This document shows, one piece after another, positions 37,656 to 49,993 of a stretch of DNA of 64,000 nt. Positions within the stretch are counted from its first letter, which is position 1, and the number at the start of each line of letters is the position of its first letter. Under the pieces are notes generated by a model. The model saw only the letters and a program-made list of their open reading frames with translations. It searched no databases and was not told the DNA's origin. Position numbers and translations under genes: made by a program. The DNA comes from Mobula hypostoma. Lineage: Eukaryota. The DNA lies in assembly GCF_963921235.1 (NCBI RefSeq), contig NC_086097.1, positions 31,684,001-31,748,000 on the forward strand. The letters run 5' to 3'.

Positions 37656-38180
37656 TTAAAGATTCGACAAGTTCCAAGTACCCTACCACCCTCAGAGTTC
37701 AGGAATGGTAGAAAGGGTGAACCGAGCAATCAAGAAGGCCTTATGCAAAACTATAACTTGTGTATTACCAGGAATCCTGATGAGATTACGAGCAACCCCA
37801 AACCACAGGCTGGGTCTCAACCTGTACAAATTATTGATGGGGCAAACAATGCGACTCCCTTATGGGGAAATTACGGGTTGTGGTGATCCTGGGGCTTATG
37901 GGGATAGAATGAAGGACCTTTGTAACCAACTGAAAGTGCTGGAGGACCAAGCACAACATCAGCAGCACATTGCTGATCAGAGAGAGGCTGAGAGAAAGGG
38001 GATAGTCCTCTCACAGCCCGGTGACCAAGTCATGGTGAGGGTGCTGCCTGAAAGGGCAGGGTTTGCTCCCAGATAGATAGGAGCACAGATGGTACTTTTA
38101 ACTAGTGACACTGTGTCTGTCTGTGTGCAGACTCGGTGAGGCAGCCAGTGGAAACACTGGACTCAGGTGAAACTGTACGA
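37656..38180 (+). pseudogene. pol: Endogenous retrovirus integrase remnant (end of core and C-terminal domain)
   Basis: PYHPQSSGMVERVNRAIKKALCK...LMRLRATP...PGDQVMVRVL...FAPR*IGAQMVLLTSDT...WKHWTQVK. Confidence 0.85.
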
Positions 38181-38831
38181 CTCACCACCTTGTTGCTCCC
38201 CCAGACAGAGCGGGGGATCAAGTGTACCCAGTAACCGGGTAATTACAGAGAACCTAAGAGATGAACACCAGCTGGCCACATCAGACCTGAACACTGTATA
38301 TGGAAACACTCCCACAGCAAACACAAAGGCAGTCACCCCCAGCGTGAATGGGGAGTGATACAAGTGAGCTAGCTCCTTTCAGTGGCTGGGGCCAGTGATT
38401 GACTGGACAGTTTGGTTGGGGTGCCACCGAGGAGAGGTCCTTGCAGTCATTCAAATGGGGAGCACCCCAACCCCTTCCTGTACATCGATGAGAGGGCCTG
38501 TGAGCTTGATGCACTTACCTTGCTGGTGCCCCTGGGAAGAAAGAGTTTTAGCACCAGAGAATGAAGGTGTGGAGACAAGGTATGTGATTAAGCTACGATC
38601 GGCCTACAGAGGAAGAGCCAACAGGCATACAAATGAAGCTGCATTTCTAAAGGTTGTTGTTCAAATTTCTGGAACAATCTCTCTGCTTAGCATTTTGTAG
38701 GTAGCTATGAGGAATGATAGGATAGATGTACATAGAGTAATTGGGGGGGGGGAATTCTGCTGGCCTGTTTGAGTAGATCCTCCCTAAGCTTGGCTTTTCC
38801 TGTTACAAATTTATTTTTGTCCAAGAGGGCC

Positions 38832-39240
38832 AAGAGGAGGGACTGTCAGAGCGATTTTGGGTTCAGCCATCAAACTCAAATCTGAATATACATTGTAGAT
38901 TTAATTTAAAATGCAGCTCTGAACAATAGGTTCCTAAAAGCCTTGAATCACAGACCAGATAATGCTGATTAAAATTAATTTAGATGTCTGTGGTGTGGGT
39001 ATGAATTGGAAGGTATGAAGTTTGTGTACAGTACCAAAGAAAGAATTGTGGATGCATTGTAAATATGGAATTGTCATTTGATGTTTAACACATAAAATAT
39101 CAGGTAGCACGGGGCCAGCCAGAACTCTTCCCTTTCCCCAAAGGGACTCCATATGATGCCTGCTGTATCTTGTTTTGATGAGTAAAGAGGCTGTTTTTTT
39201 TATCAACTGGTACTTTCCTACAGAGACTTCATTCACACAA
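38832..39240 (+). mobile_element. Putative ERV polypurine tract and 3' LTR
   Basis: AAGAGGAGGGA (38832-38842), then TGTCAGA at 38844; AGTAAA 39181-39186; ends ...TTCACACA where CR1 sequence begins; no partner LTR in the window. Confidence 0.55.
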
Positions 39241-39244
39241 CAAG

Positions 39245-40520
39245 ACCCTATGTTATTGAGAGAGACAAGAGAAGAGATTGCTCGGGCCTTGACCAATACC
39301 TTGGTGTCCTCTCCAACCACAGGCAGGATCTCAGATGACTGGCAAATAGCTAATGTTCCATTATTCAAGAAGTGAACCAGGGATAATCCTGGAAACCTTG
39401 GACAGGTGAGTCTCACATCAGTGGTAAGGAAGTTACTAGAGAGAATTCTCAGAGATAGGATTTATGAGCATTTGGAAAACCATGGGTCATTAGGGAGAAC
39501 CAGCATGTATTTGTATGGGGCAAGTTGTGTCTTACTGACTTGACTGCTTTTTGACTAGGTGATGAGAGTGATTGACGAAGGCAGAGCTATGAGAGTGACT
39601 GATGAAGATAGAGTGGTGCATGGATTTTCGTAAGGTGTTTGACCCTTGTGAGGCTCATCCAGAAGATTAAGATGTATGGGATCCATGGTGAATTGGCAGT
39701 TTATATTCAGAACTGGTCTGCTCATTGAAAACAGAGGGCTGTGGTTGAAAGGATTTATTCTAGCTGGAGGTCTTTGATTAGTGGTGTCCTGCGGGCAACT
39801 GTACTTGGACCTCTGCTGTTTTTGATAAACTGTAGCTAAATTACCCTGATGAAAGTGTAGATGAGTGGGTTAGTAAGTTTCCAGATGATACGAAGATTGA
39901 TGAAGTTGTGGATAGCATAGGTGACTGATAGAGAATACAGCGGGATATACATTATTTGCAGGTATGGGCAGAGAAATGACAGTTGGAGTTTAACATGGCT
40001 AAATGTAAAGTGTAGGAAAAATGCAAAGATCCATAGCAGTGATCTATATCTCTATATCTCAAATAGCAGAGGTCCCAATATGGATCCCTGCAGAACACCC
40101 CAAGGCACATCCATCCATCTGGGATGTCCCATTGATCACTACCCTCTGACTTCTGTGGACATGCCAATTCTGAATCCAATTAAACAACTCATCATAGGTC
40201 CCACACATCTTAACCTTCTGGGTGAGCCTCCTATGAAGGGCCTCATCAAATGCCTTTCTAAAATCCACATAAACAACATATACATCTCTACCATCTTCAC
40301 TCTCTACCTTTATCACCTCCTCAAAAAAATCAATCCAAAGTTAGTAAGGTACAACTTGCCCCACACAAAGCCATGCTGACTGTCCCTAATTAGGCCATAG
40401 TTTTCCAAATATTTGTCAATCCTATCTCTAAGAATGCTTTCCAGCAACCTGCCTACCACTGATGTGAGACTCAATGATGTATGGTTTCCAGGGTTATCCC
40501 TATCCCCAGACTTGAACAAT
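39245..40520. mobile_element. Two degraded CR1 RT fragments in opposite orientation (plus ~39245-40015, minus ~40050-40520)
   Basis: LLRETREEIARAL...DWQIANVPLFKK on plus; SLTSVVGRLLESILRDRI...QHGFV and YVDFRKAFD on minus. Confidence 0.85.
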
Positions 40521-40857
40521 GAAAAAACTTTCTTGTGGCTAGAAGAAGTTTTAAAATAAAGTTGGACAAGTACGTGGATTGGAAAGATTTACAAGGTTAT
40601 GGGTCAAATGCTGGTAAAAGGGACTATCATGGATGGGGCATCTTGGTCTGCATGGACCAGTTGGGCTGAATGGCTTGTTTCCCTGTTGAAAGATTCTAGG
40701 ACTCTACGAAGAAGGAAGGGACTGAAAGAAAATGAACACAATGAAGCAAAAACAAACTGACGACAAAAAACATAGTTTCAATATTGTTAATGTCATTTCC
40801 CATTCACAAGTGTAAAGGGGAATGAAACAATTATTATTTTGGATCCATTGCAGTGCA

Positions 40858-40859
<2 letters not shown>

Positions 40860-40903
<44 letters not shown>
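40860..40903. repeat. (CA)n microsatellite
   Basis: Direct reading. Confidence 0.98.
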
Positions 40904-40905
<2 letters not shown>

Positions 40906-43900
40906 AAGATAAAGAACACAATAATAAACAAACAGAAAATAACTATAAATACACAAGATAGAATATATATGTAAATTGATTGTATGCCCATTAAGTGATG
41001 CTAGCACAGGAGTGTCTGTATATAAGATTATTCTGACAGTAAATGATAAAGGAGTAGGGGTGTGGTGGGATGGGTTAGTAGGTGGAGGTATTGATCAGCC
41101 TTACTGCTTGGGGAAAGTCACTACTTTGAGTCTGGTGGTCCTGGTGTGGATGCTTTGCAGCCCCCTCCCTGATGGGAGTGGAACAAACAGTCCACGAGCG
41201 GAGCAACACACACAAAATGCAGGAGGAACTCAGCAGGCCAGGCAGCATCTATGGAGAAGAGTGAAGAGTTGACGTTTTGAGCTGAGACCATCAGGACTGG
41301 AGGGAAAAAGATGAGGAGTCAGAGTAAGAAGGTGGGATCATTCATGATGATGTTGGTCTTCATCTGGCACCTTTCTGTGTGCATGTCCTTGATGGTGGGT
41401 AGGCTGGTGCCAGTGATGCGTTGGGCAGTTTTGAGCACCCGCTGTAGAGCCTTCCTGTTCGCTGCAGTGCAGTTTCTGTGCCATGCATCGCTGCAGCATG
41501 TTGGGATGCTCACTACTGCACGACTGTGAGTATGAATGTACATAGTCCAGCTCTCTTCAGCCTCCTCAGAAAGTAGAGGCATTGGGGAGCTTTCTCGATT
41601 GTTCAGAACGCTTTGTTGTGTGAGATGTAAGGCAACTTGAAGAGAGAATGGATAAACTAATGAGGACCGTTGAAGTCATCACAACAAATTTTCACAATTT
41701 TAAGGGATGCTAAGAAGCTAAATGGAAACACAAGAGACTGTAGGCACCGAGTCCAAATGAAAGGTCTAGACCCGAAACATTGACAAACTATTTCTCTCCA
41801 TAGGTACTGCCTGACCTGCTGAGTTCCTCCAGCTTTTTGATTGCTGCTGAGAGGTGATCGGCTGCTTGTTTGCTGTCTCATTTGCAGGGTGTGGATAGAT
41901 TTGTAGAGCACCACAGCACAGAAACAGGCCCTTCTGTCCATCTAGTCCATGCCAACCTGTTATTCTGCCAGTCCCATTGCCCACACCTGGATGACAGCCC
42001 TCCGTCCCCCTCCTATTCATGTACAGTACTTATCCAAACTTCTCTTAAATATTGCAATCGAACCCACATCCACCTCTTACTCTGGCAGGGCACTCTCACT
42101 ATCCTCTGAGTGAAGAAGTTCCTCCTCAGGTTCCCCTTAAGTATTTCACCTTTCACCTTCAACCTATGACCTCAAGTTGTAGTCTCACCCAACCCTGAAA
42201 ACGCCTGCTTGCATTTACCCTGTGCCTACCCCTCATAATCACTAGGATGTTGCTAGTAATGCCAACAAGTATTGTCCATCAATACTGAAGTACAGAAGTG
42301 CTTGGTGGGTTGAAAGTGACGTATACTGTGTGTAGGTCAAACAGGGTAATGAAAAAAGACTTCTTTCCCTGAAGAATCAGAGAAACAGATGTATTTTTAT
42401 GATTATGTGGACATTTCATGGCTACTGAGACAAATTTAAATTCCAGATTTATTTAATTATTTAAATTTAAATTTCCCAGCTGTTTTGGTGGGATTTGAAC
42501 TTGTTTCAGGTTCATTGGTCCACAACTCCAACTGTTGGTGAAAAATACTACTGTATATCATCTACCATATCACCCTGCGGAGATGTAAGTGGAAATAAGG
42601 CAATAACAGTCATATGGAACAATGACTCTGTGTCAGTAGTTCCATTGATTCATAGATAATCAGACAAACTATCTAGGCAGAACATACTATTTCGTGGAGA
42701 GAGGGACTTTCTCTCTGTGTTTGATTTGAGCCTTGAGTTTGGGGTCAATATCCAGGGATGGTTGTTGAAGCCTGATGGTGGAGCCTGGAGGATGGAGGCC
42801 CAGAAGCCTGTGCTGGAGTTGGAGGGCAATCTGTGCGAGTGAGGGGGTTGGTGGGAGGGAGGAAAGGGACTTGTTCTGCTGTTGTTGTTGCTTGTTGTGT
42901 TCTGTGTTCTGCTGAGTATTGTGGCCATGTTAAGTTGGTACCAGAATGTGTGGTGATACCTGCAGGCTGTCCCCAGCACACCCTTGGGCTCGGGTGCGTT
43001 GGTTGTCTAGACCCAAACAATGCATTTCACTGTATGTTTCAATGTACACATGACAAATAAACTTGGATCTTGATAACCGGTGGGCTGCCCCCAGCACATC
43101 CCTCGGTACTTTGATTGCTAGCACAAACAGCACACACAGAAATCAGCTTCAGTGGGCAGGAGTAAAGAGCCCATGTTTTGGGCTGAAACCCCTCAGGACT
43201 GGAAAGGATGGGGAAAGAAGCCAGGTGAGGGAGCATGTTTCGATGTACATGTGATAAATAAATCTGAATCGGATGGTACCCGTCTGTTCCAGGGCCATAC
43301 ATTCCCATTGAACTGTATCCCATTAGTATTGCACTCAGTTCACTTACTTTGACAGTGGTGAAATTGCTAGCCTTGTTCACAAGGCACTGGGTTTCACAGG
43401 ATGTGATTCTGTTCGGGAATCCTAGCATCGAGGTCAGGAATTGTGATTTCCATCCAACCCTCTTGGCAGATGTGGAGTGTCAACTTCATGCCTGAAGTGT
43501 TAGTGCATGTTTATTTACTGCTAAGTAGAATGAGATGCTGAGGCAATGCTGGAACAACTGTCTTGCCAAGTCAAGAGTGTGATAGAATGCTCTCCGTACT
43601 CGAGTGCAGTGCCAACTCTCAAGAAGTTTGATGATATCCAGAGCAGAGCAGCCAGTTTGACTGACAGCACGGAAGCTGGCACTTCAGTACATCTCATCCA
43701 TGCCAACCGAGCCATCTACCAGAGCTAGTCCAATAAGCTGATTAGAAAGGCTGGCTCTGTTATCGGAGTCAAACTGGATACACTGGAGGCTGAGGTGGAA
43801 CAGAGAGCCCTCTGGAAAATCCTGGCAATTCTGGACAATGTTTCTCACCCTCTGTATGCCACTTGGGCTAAACTGAGGAGCATTTTCAGTAATAGACTAC

Positions 43901-45029
43901 GGCAACTGTGCTGCTCTGAAGAGTGCGATATGGGGTTGTTTTTACCCTCGGCCATTAGGCTCTACAATGAGCCAACCTGTAGCCGGGGAAGTGATGACCT
44001 CCTCCTGTTAGACTGTTATTAAGCTCTGTTTAAGCACTGTTTAGCTCTGTTTACCACACCCTGTTATCGAGGACACCCTGTGCAATACTGTGCAGTAATA
44101 CCATCACTTACCATCCGGATGGTGTGAATGTGTACCCATTACCGTATAATTACTGTACATTAATTCTTGCACTACCGTCTTATCAGTGTGAACTTGTAAA
44201 CCTTGTAAATCTTTAAATTGTAAACCATGTACATCTTATTTTTAAGGTAACTTACTTTTTTATTCTTTCTTACTTCTCTTCTAATATTTGTATATCTGTG
44301 CACTTGCAGTGCTACTGTGACACTGTAATTTCCTTTGGGATCAATAAAGTATCTTTCAATCTATCTATCGAGTCCCATTTTCCTGCCTTTTTCTTGTATC
44401 TCTTTTAAAATTTTCCAGCCATTTACCTGTCCAAATGTCTTTTGAATGTTGTAATTGTACCCACCTCTACCAATTTGTCTGGCATCTCATATCCATATAT
44501 TGTACACATCAACCTCTATGTAGGAAAAAGTTGCCCCCTCAGGTCCATTTTATATCTTTCCCACTCACCTTAAACCTATCCTCCCTTGTTTTGGACTCCC
44601 CTCCCTTGTGACCATCCACTTTATCAATGCCTCTCATAATTTTATAAAGACCTATAAGGTCACCCCTCAGCTCTACCCATCAAAAAGTCTCAGCCTATCC
44701 AACCTCAGTAAGATCATAAAACTGTAAGACATTTTTTGTTGCATGTTGTGACAACACAACACAACAAATTCCTAATACACGTAAATGTTAATGGTGAATT
44801 AAGTTGATCCCAGATCCTTATTCTTCATTCTGTTATTAATTTTCCTTGTACTAGCACAATGACTGATGTGATGAAGTGATCTGTATAGGTGGCATGTTAA
44901 ACATGTTTTTCACTGTACCTTGGTATATGTGACAATAATAAACTAATTTACCAATAGTCAACCCAGCAACAATCCCTTGGGAACAGGAATCATCGCAGGC
45001 CTCCACTACCACCCTTCATGTTATGTTGA

Positions 45030-47440
45030 TTTGTACAAGACTACAGTGAGTCTACAGTTGGAGTATTGTGTTCAGTTTTGGTTACTCTGCTAGAGGAAAG
45101 ATACCATGAAGCTGGAAAGAGAGAACATAATTTTAATTATTGGAGGAATGTAGGGGGACGTCAGAGGTAGGTTTTTTTTCCACAAAGAGGGTGGTAGGTG
45201 TGTAGAACACACTATAAGGTGTGGTGGTAGTGTTAGATACATGAGAGTAAATAAGACCAGCACTTGGATGAAAGTAAAATGGAGGGCTATGTAGAAGGGA
45301 AGGGTAGATTGATCTTAGAGTAGGTTAAAGGACAGAAGCAACATTGTGGGACGAACGGCCTGTACTGTGCTGCACTCTTCAATGTTCTATTTCTAAGATA
45401 GCGTACAAAGATGTTGCTGGGACTCTAGTGACTGAATTTGCAGAGAGTCTGAGGAGGTTAGTACTTTACTTTCTGAAGCAGAGGAGACCGAGGAGTGATT
45501 TCATGAAGGTGTATAAAATCATAAGGGCCACTGATAGGGTGAGTGTGTTCTGTCCCAGAGAATGGGAATCCACAGCTAGAGGGCATGGGTCATAGAGAAG
45601 TACAGCACAGGAACAAGCCCTTCGGCCCAACTAGTCCATGCTGAAAACCATTTAAGCTGCCTACTGCCATTGGCCTGAACTGGGACCATAGCCTTCCAAA
45701 CCCCTACCATCCATGTAACTATCCAAACTTCTCTTAAATGTTGAAATAGAGTTTGAACGTACCACTTGTGCTGGCAGCTCATTGCACACACAGGGGAAAG
45801 ATTTAATAGGAACCTGAGGAACAACATTTTCAAATAGACTCAGTACATAGAGTGAGCCAGAGGAAGTGGTTGAGGCAGGTGCAATAACAACATTTCAAAG
45901 GCACTTGGACGTTAATACAGATAGGAAAGGTGTAGGGGAATATGGGCCAAACACAGGTAAATGCGACTACCTCAGACAGGCACCATGCTCGGCATAAACC
46001 ATTTGAGCAGAAGACCAGTTTCCATTGACTTGCAATGATGAGAAGTGATCTGGTAGGGGTGTACAAGATGAGAAGAGGCATAGATAGAGTGGACAGACAG
46101 AGATTATTTCCCAGAGCGTAAATGGCTAAGATGAGGGGGTGTAAAATTTTAAGGTGATTGGAGGAAAGTATAGGTAGGTCTTTTTAACACAGAGAGTGGT
46201 GGTGCATGGAATGCTCTGCCAGAGGTGGTGGGACAGGCAGATACATTGGGCACACTTAAGAAATTCTTCGATAGCCAAATAGGGTATTGGAAAATAGTGG
46301 GCTGTGTGGGAGGGAAAGGTTAGATTGATCTTAGAGTAGGTTAAAGTCTTGGCACAACATTAATTAGTTTCTGAGGTTACAAAACCTCCCAGACCCACCA
46401 TATCTTCAAGGACAAAAGGCACATGGGATCATCATCAGCTGAAGATTGCTCTCCAAGTCACACACACCCTGAATCCTATATGTCCAATCCTTCTTTGTCT
46501 GAACCTTGGTACCTTTTTTCCAACTGCACTTTATCTAGAAGGATGACAGTGGTTCGAGAATATGACTCACCCTCATCTTCTATGAACTGAACCCCTATAT
46601 TCGGTTCTGGTCACCCACAATGTTGTGCTGACCCTTTAACCTACTCTGAGATCAATGTAATCCTTCCCTTCTACATAGCCTCCATTTTCTTATCATCCAT
46701 GTGCCTACCTAAGAATTTCTTAAATGCCACTGATGTATCTGCCTCTACTACCATACCAGGCAACTTGTTTTACATTCCCACCACACTCTGTGTAAAAAAA
46801 AAATTACCTCTGACAACTCCCCCCATGCTTTCCTCTAATCACCTTAAAATTATCACCTTCATATCCTATGAACTGTCTATTCTATCTTCTATGAACCAAA
46901 CTTCTTTCAGTTCTGATTGCCACATTATAGGAAGGATGTGGAAGCTATAGAAAGGGTGCAGAGGAGATCTACCAGGATACTACTTGGATTAGAGGGCATG
47001 TCTTATGAGGAAAGTTTGACTGAGTAACTGCTTTTCTGTTTGGAGTGAAGGAGAATGGGAAGTGACCCGATAGAGGTGTACAAGATGATAGGAGGCACAG
47101 ACTGAGTGGATAGCCAGAGACTTTTTCCCAGGGTGGAAATGGCTAAGAGAAGAGGGCATAATTTTAAGGTGATTGTAGGAAAGAATAGGGGGATGTCAGA
47201 GGTAAGTTTTTTTTTACACAGAGAGTGGTGAATGTGTGGAACGTATTGCTAAGAATGATGGTAGAGGCAGCTACGTTAAGGACACTTAAAAGACTCGTAG
47301 ATTGGCACATAGATGATAGAATTATGTGGGAGAGAAGCGTTAGGTTGGTCTGAGAGTAGATTAGAGTGTTGGCACACTGTGTGTCGGAGGGCTGGTACTG
47401 AGCTGTACTGTTTTATATTCTATATTCCATGTTCTATGTC
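45030..47440. mobile_element. Cluster of degraded CR1 3' fragments, mostly plus strand
   Basis: Repeated CR1 C-terminal and 3'-UTR motifs, e.g. GGAGTATTGTGTTCAGTT, TTTTTACACAGAGAGTGGTG, TTCTATGT tails. Confidence 0.8.
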
Positions 47441-48280
47441 CCCCCAGATTGTAGCAATTCTCTAACACACTGAGGGCAATTTACAGCAACCAATTAATGA
47501 CCAACCTGCGCTGTGCTGTTCAGTGTTTCATGTTCTCAGGGACAATTAGGGATGGACCATAAATGCTGGGCTCTCTTCTCCAGTGATCCCAACATCCGGA
47601 CAACAATTGTATTAACCGCTTTCCCAGACTTCCTACCATGGCAGTGTCATGGAGTAAACACCCAATGCACTCCACCATAAGCAGAGGATTTCACTTCCCT
47701 GAGTGGAAACTGATCATAATCCTCGGCCAGAAGGTGTCTTTTAGTGGAGGGAACTTAACGGTTGGAGGAATATCTGAGTAAACAGCTGTATCCATTGGAG
47801 CTGCTATGCCTGCCAGCATCCAGCTGGGTTGTGGGTCATAAAATTAAACGTTTTAAGTGATTCAGTGATGATTTCAGTAAGTGTGGAGTAAATGAAGAGC
47901 CTATATCGAATGTGTTGTCATTTGATACTCCATGTTCTGGCTCAGCTGAAATGGAATAACAGCGAGTATTAATTTTTCAGAGTGCTCCTACTGATAATCC
48001 AACTTAAATAGTTTTCTTTATCTCTCAGCAACCCGGACTCGGAGGTCAGAGCTTCGCGTTCAGATTCAGATTGATGTATCATTGAAACATACAGTGAACT
48101 GCGTCGTCTAACTACCAACACAACCTAGCGATGTGCTGGGGGCAGCCCTTGAGTGTCGCCACACATACTGGTGCCAACATAGCGTGCCCACCGTGCTCGG
48201 CGGAACAACATCCTACACAACGAAACAGAACACAACAAGTAACAAAACAGCCACAGCAAAACAAGCCCCTTTCCTCCCTC

Positions 48281-48567
<287 letters not shown>

Positions 48568-49141
48568 CCTCCAATCCCAAGACAGGCTGTCTTTAGCCTC
48601 CAGAGGACTCACGGATTTGCAGACTTTGGCCTTGACTTTCCCAGCAGACTCAGAGATCTCAGTAGCATTCTGTTGTTCTCCACCGCTCTACGGGGTCTAA
48701 TCATGTACTTACCCTGAACTGCCAGGGTGGTGGTAGAGGCTGATGCAATCTGTTCATACTAAATTATATTTCTAACCCATTCTAACCCATAAAGGTCTTG
48801 TTAACTGTTGGTACGTTGCTAACTGCCCTGGAATCTGAGTATTTGATGGCTCTGGGCTTGTACTCACTGGCGTTTAGAAGAATGGTGGTGGGGGGGGGTT
48901 CTGCACTGAAACCTACCGAACATTGAACGGCCCAGAAAGAGTGGACATGGAGAGGATGTTTCCAATAGTGGGAGAGTCTAGCACCAGAGGGCACAGCCTC
49001 AGAATACAAGGACATCCCTTTACAACAGAGATAGAAACACAGAAAGCCTACAGCACAATACAGGCCCTTCGGCCCACAGAGTTGTGCTGAACATGTCCCT
49101 ACCTTAGAAATTACTAGGCTTACCTATAGCTCTCTATTTTA

Positions 49142-49413
49142 AGCACAAAATAATCTGCGGATGCTGTAAAAGATCAAAGCAACACTTTCAGTACGCTGGA
49201 TGAACTCAGCAGGTCGGGTAGCATCAGTCAGAAACGATGAGTCGACGTTTCGGGCCGGAACCCTTCGTCAGGACTGAAGAATGAAATCAAATTCAAATCC
49301 TTCCCTATCTTTCATTCTTCAGTCCTGACGCAGGGTTCCGGCCCGAAACGTCAACTCATTGTTTCTGACTGATGCTGCCCGACCTGCTGAGTTCATCCAG
49401 CGTACTGAAAGTG
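49142..49413. mobile_element. Palindromic Penelope-derived insertion with 15-bp TSD
   Basis: 105-bp inverted arms 49182-49286 and 49310-49414; TSD TAGCTCTCTATTTTA (49127-49141)/TAGCTTTCTATTTTA (49414-49428) inside a CR1 3' UTR. Confidence 0.85.
49240..49275 (-). ncRNA. Minimal type I hammerhead ribozyme motif
   Basis: Minus strand reads AGTC-CTGACGA-A-GGG TTCCGG CCC-GAAA-CGTC-GACT: stem I AGTC/GACT, core CUGANGA and GAAA, GUC site, helix III reduced to palindromic ACGT. Confidence 0.75.
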
Positions 49414-49762
49414 TAGCTTTCTATTTTACCAAGCTCCATGTACCTATCTAAAAGTCTCTTAAAAGACCCTGTCGTATCCGCCTCCACCACCGTTGCTGGC
49501 AGCCCATGATCTGAGGCTGAGGAGGGATTTCCTTATCCAGAGGGTGATGAATCTGTGGAATTGATTGCCACAGATGGCTTTGGAGGCTGAATCATTGGGT
49601 CTATTCATAAAGTGGAGGTGGAATAGGTTCTTGATTAGTAAGGGCGTCAAAGGTCACAGGGAGAAGGCAGGAGAATGGGATTGAGAGGGATAATAAATCG
49701 GTCATGGAGAACACTCAGGGTCTGCTCCATTCGACATGGTCTTATGGAGTGTTATGTAATGT

Positions 49763-49993
49763 ATCCTCACACAAACAAGCTACCCCAGGAATTAATCAAA
49801 TGCCCCTTTGCAAATATATCCACCCTTAGGTAGGTGACCAATCCTCACACAAACAAGCTACCCCAGGAATTAATCAAATGCCCCTTTGCAAATATATCCA
49901 CCCTTAGGTAGGTGACCAATCCTCACACAAACAAGCTACCCCAGGAATTAATCAAATGCCCCTTTGCAAATATATCCACCCTTAGGTAGGTGA
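49763..49993. repeat. 78-bp tandem repeat, about 3 identical copies
   Basis: ATCCTCACACAAACAAGC...GGTAGGTGACCA starts at 49763, 49841 and 49919. Confidence 0.97.

Noticed and set aside
47865..47949. Box C/D snoRNA (GTGATGA...CTGA)
   Set aside because: No convincing terminal stem and no recognisable rRNA or snRNA guide; such boxes occur by chance.
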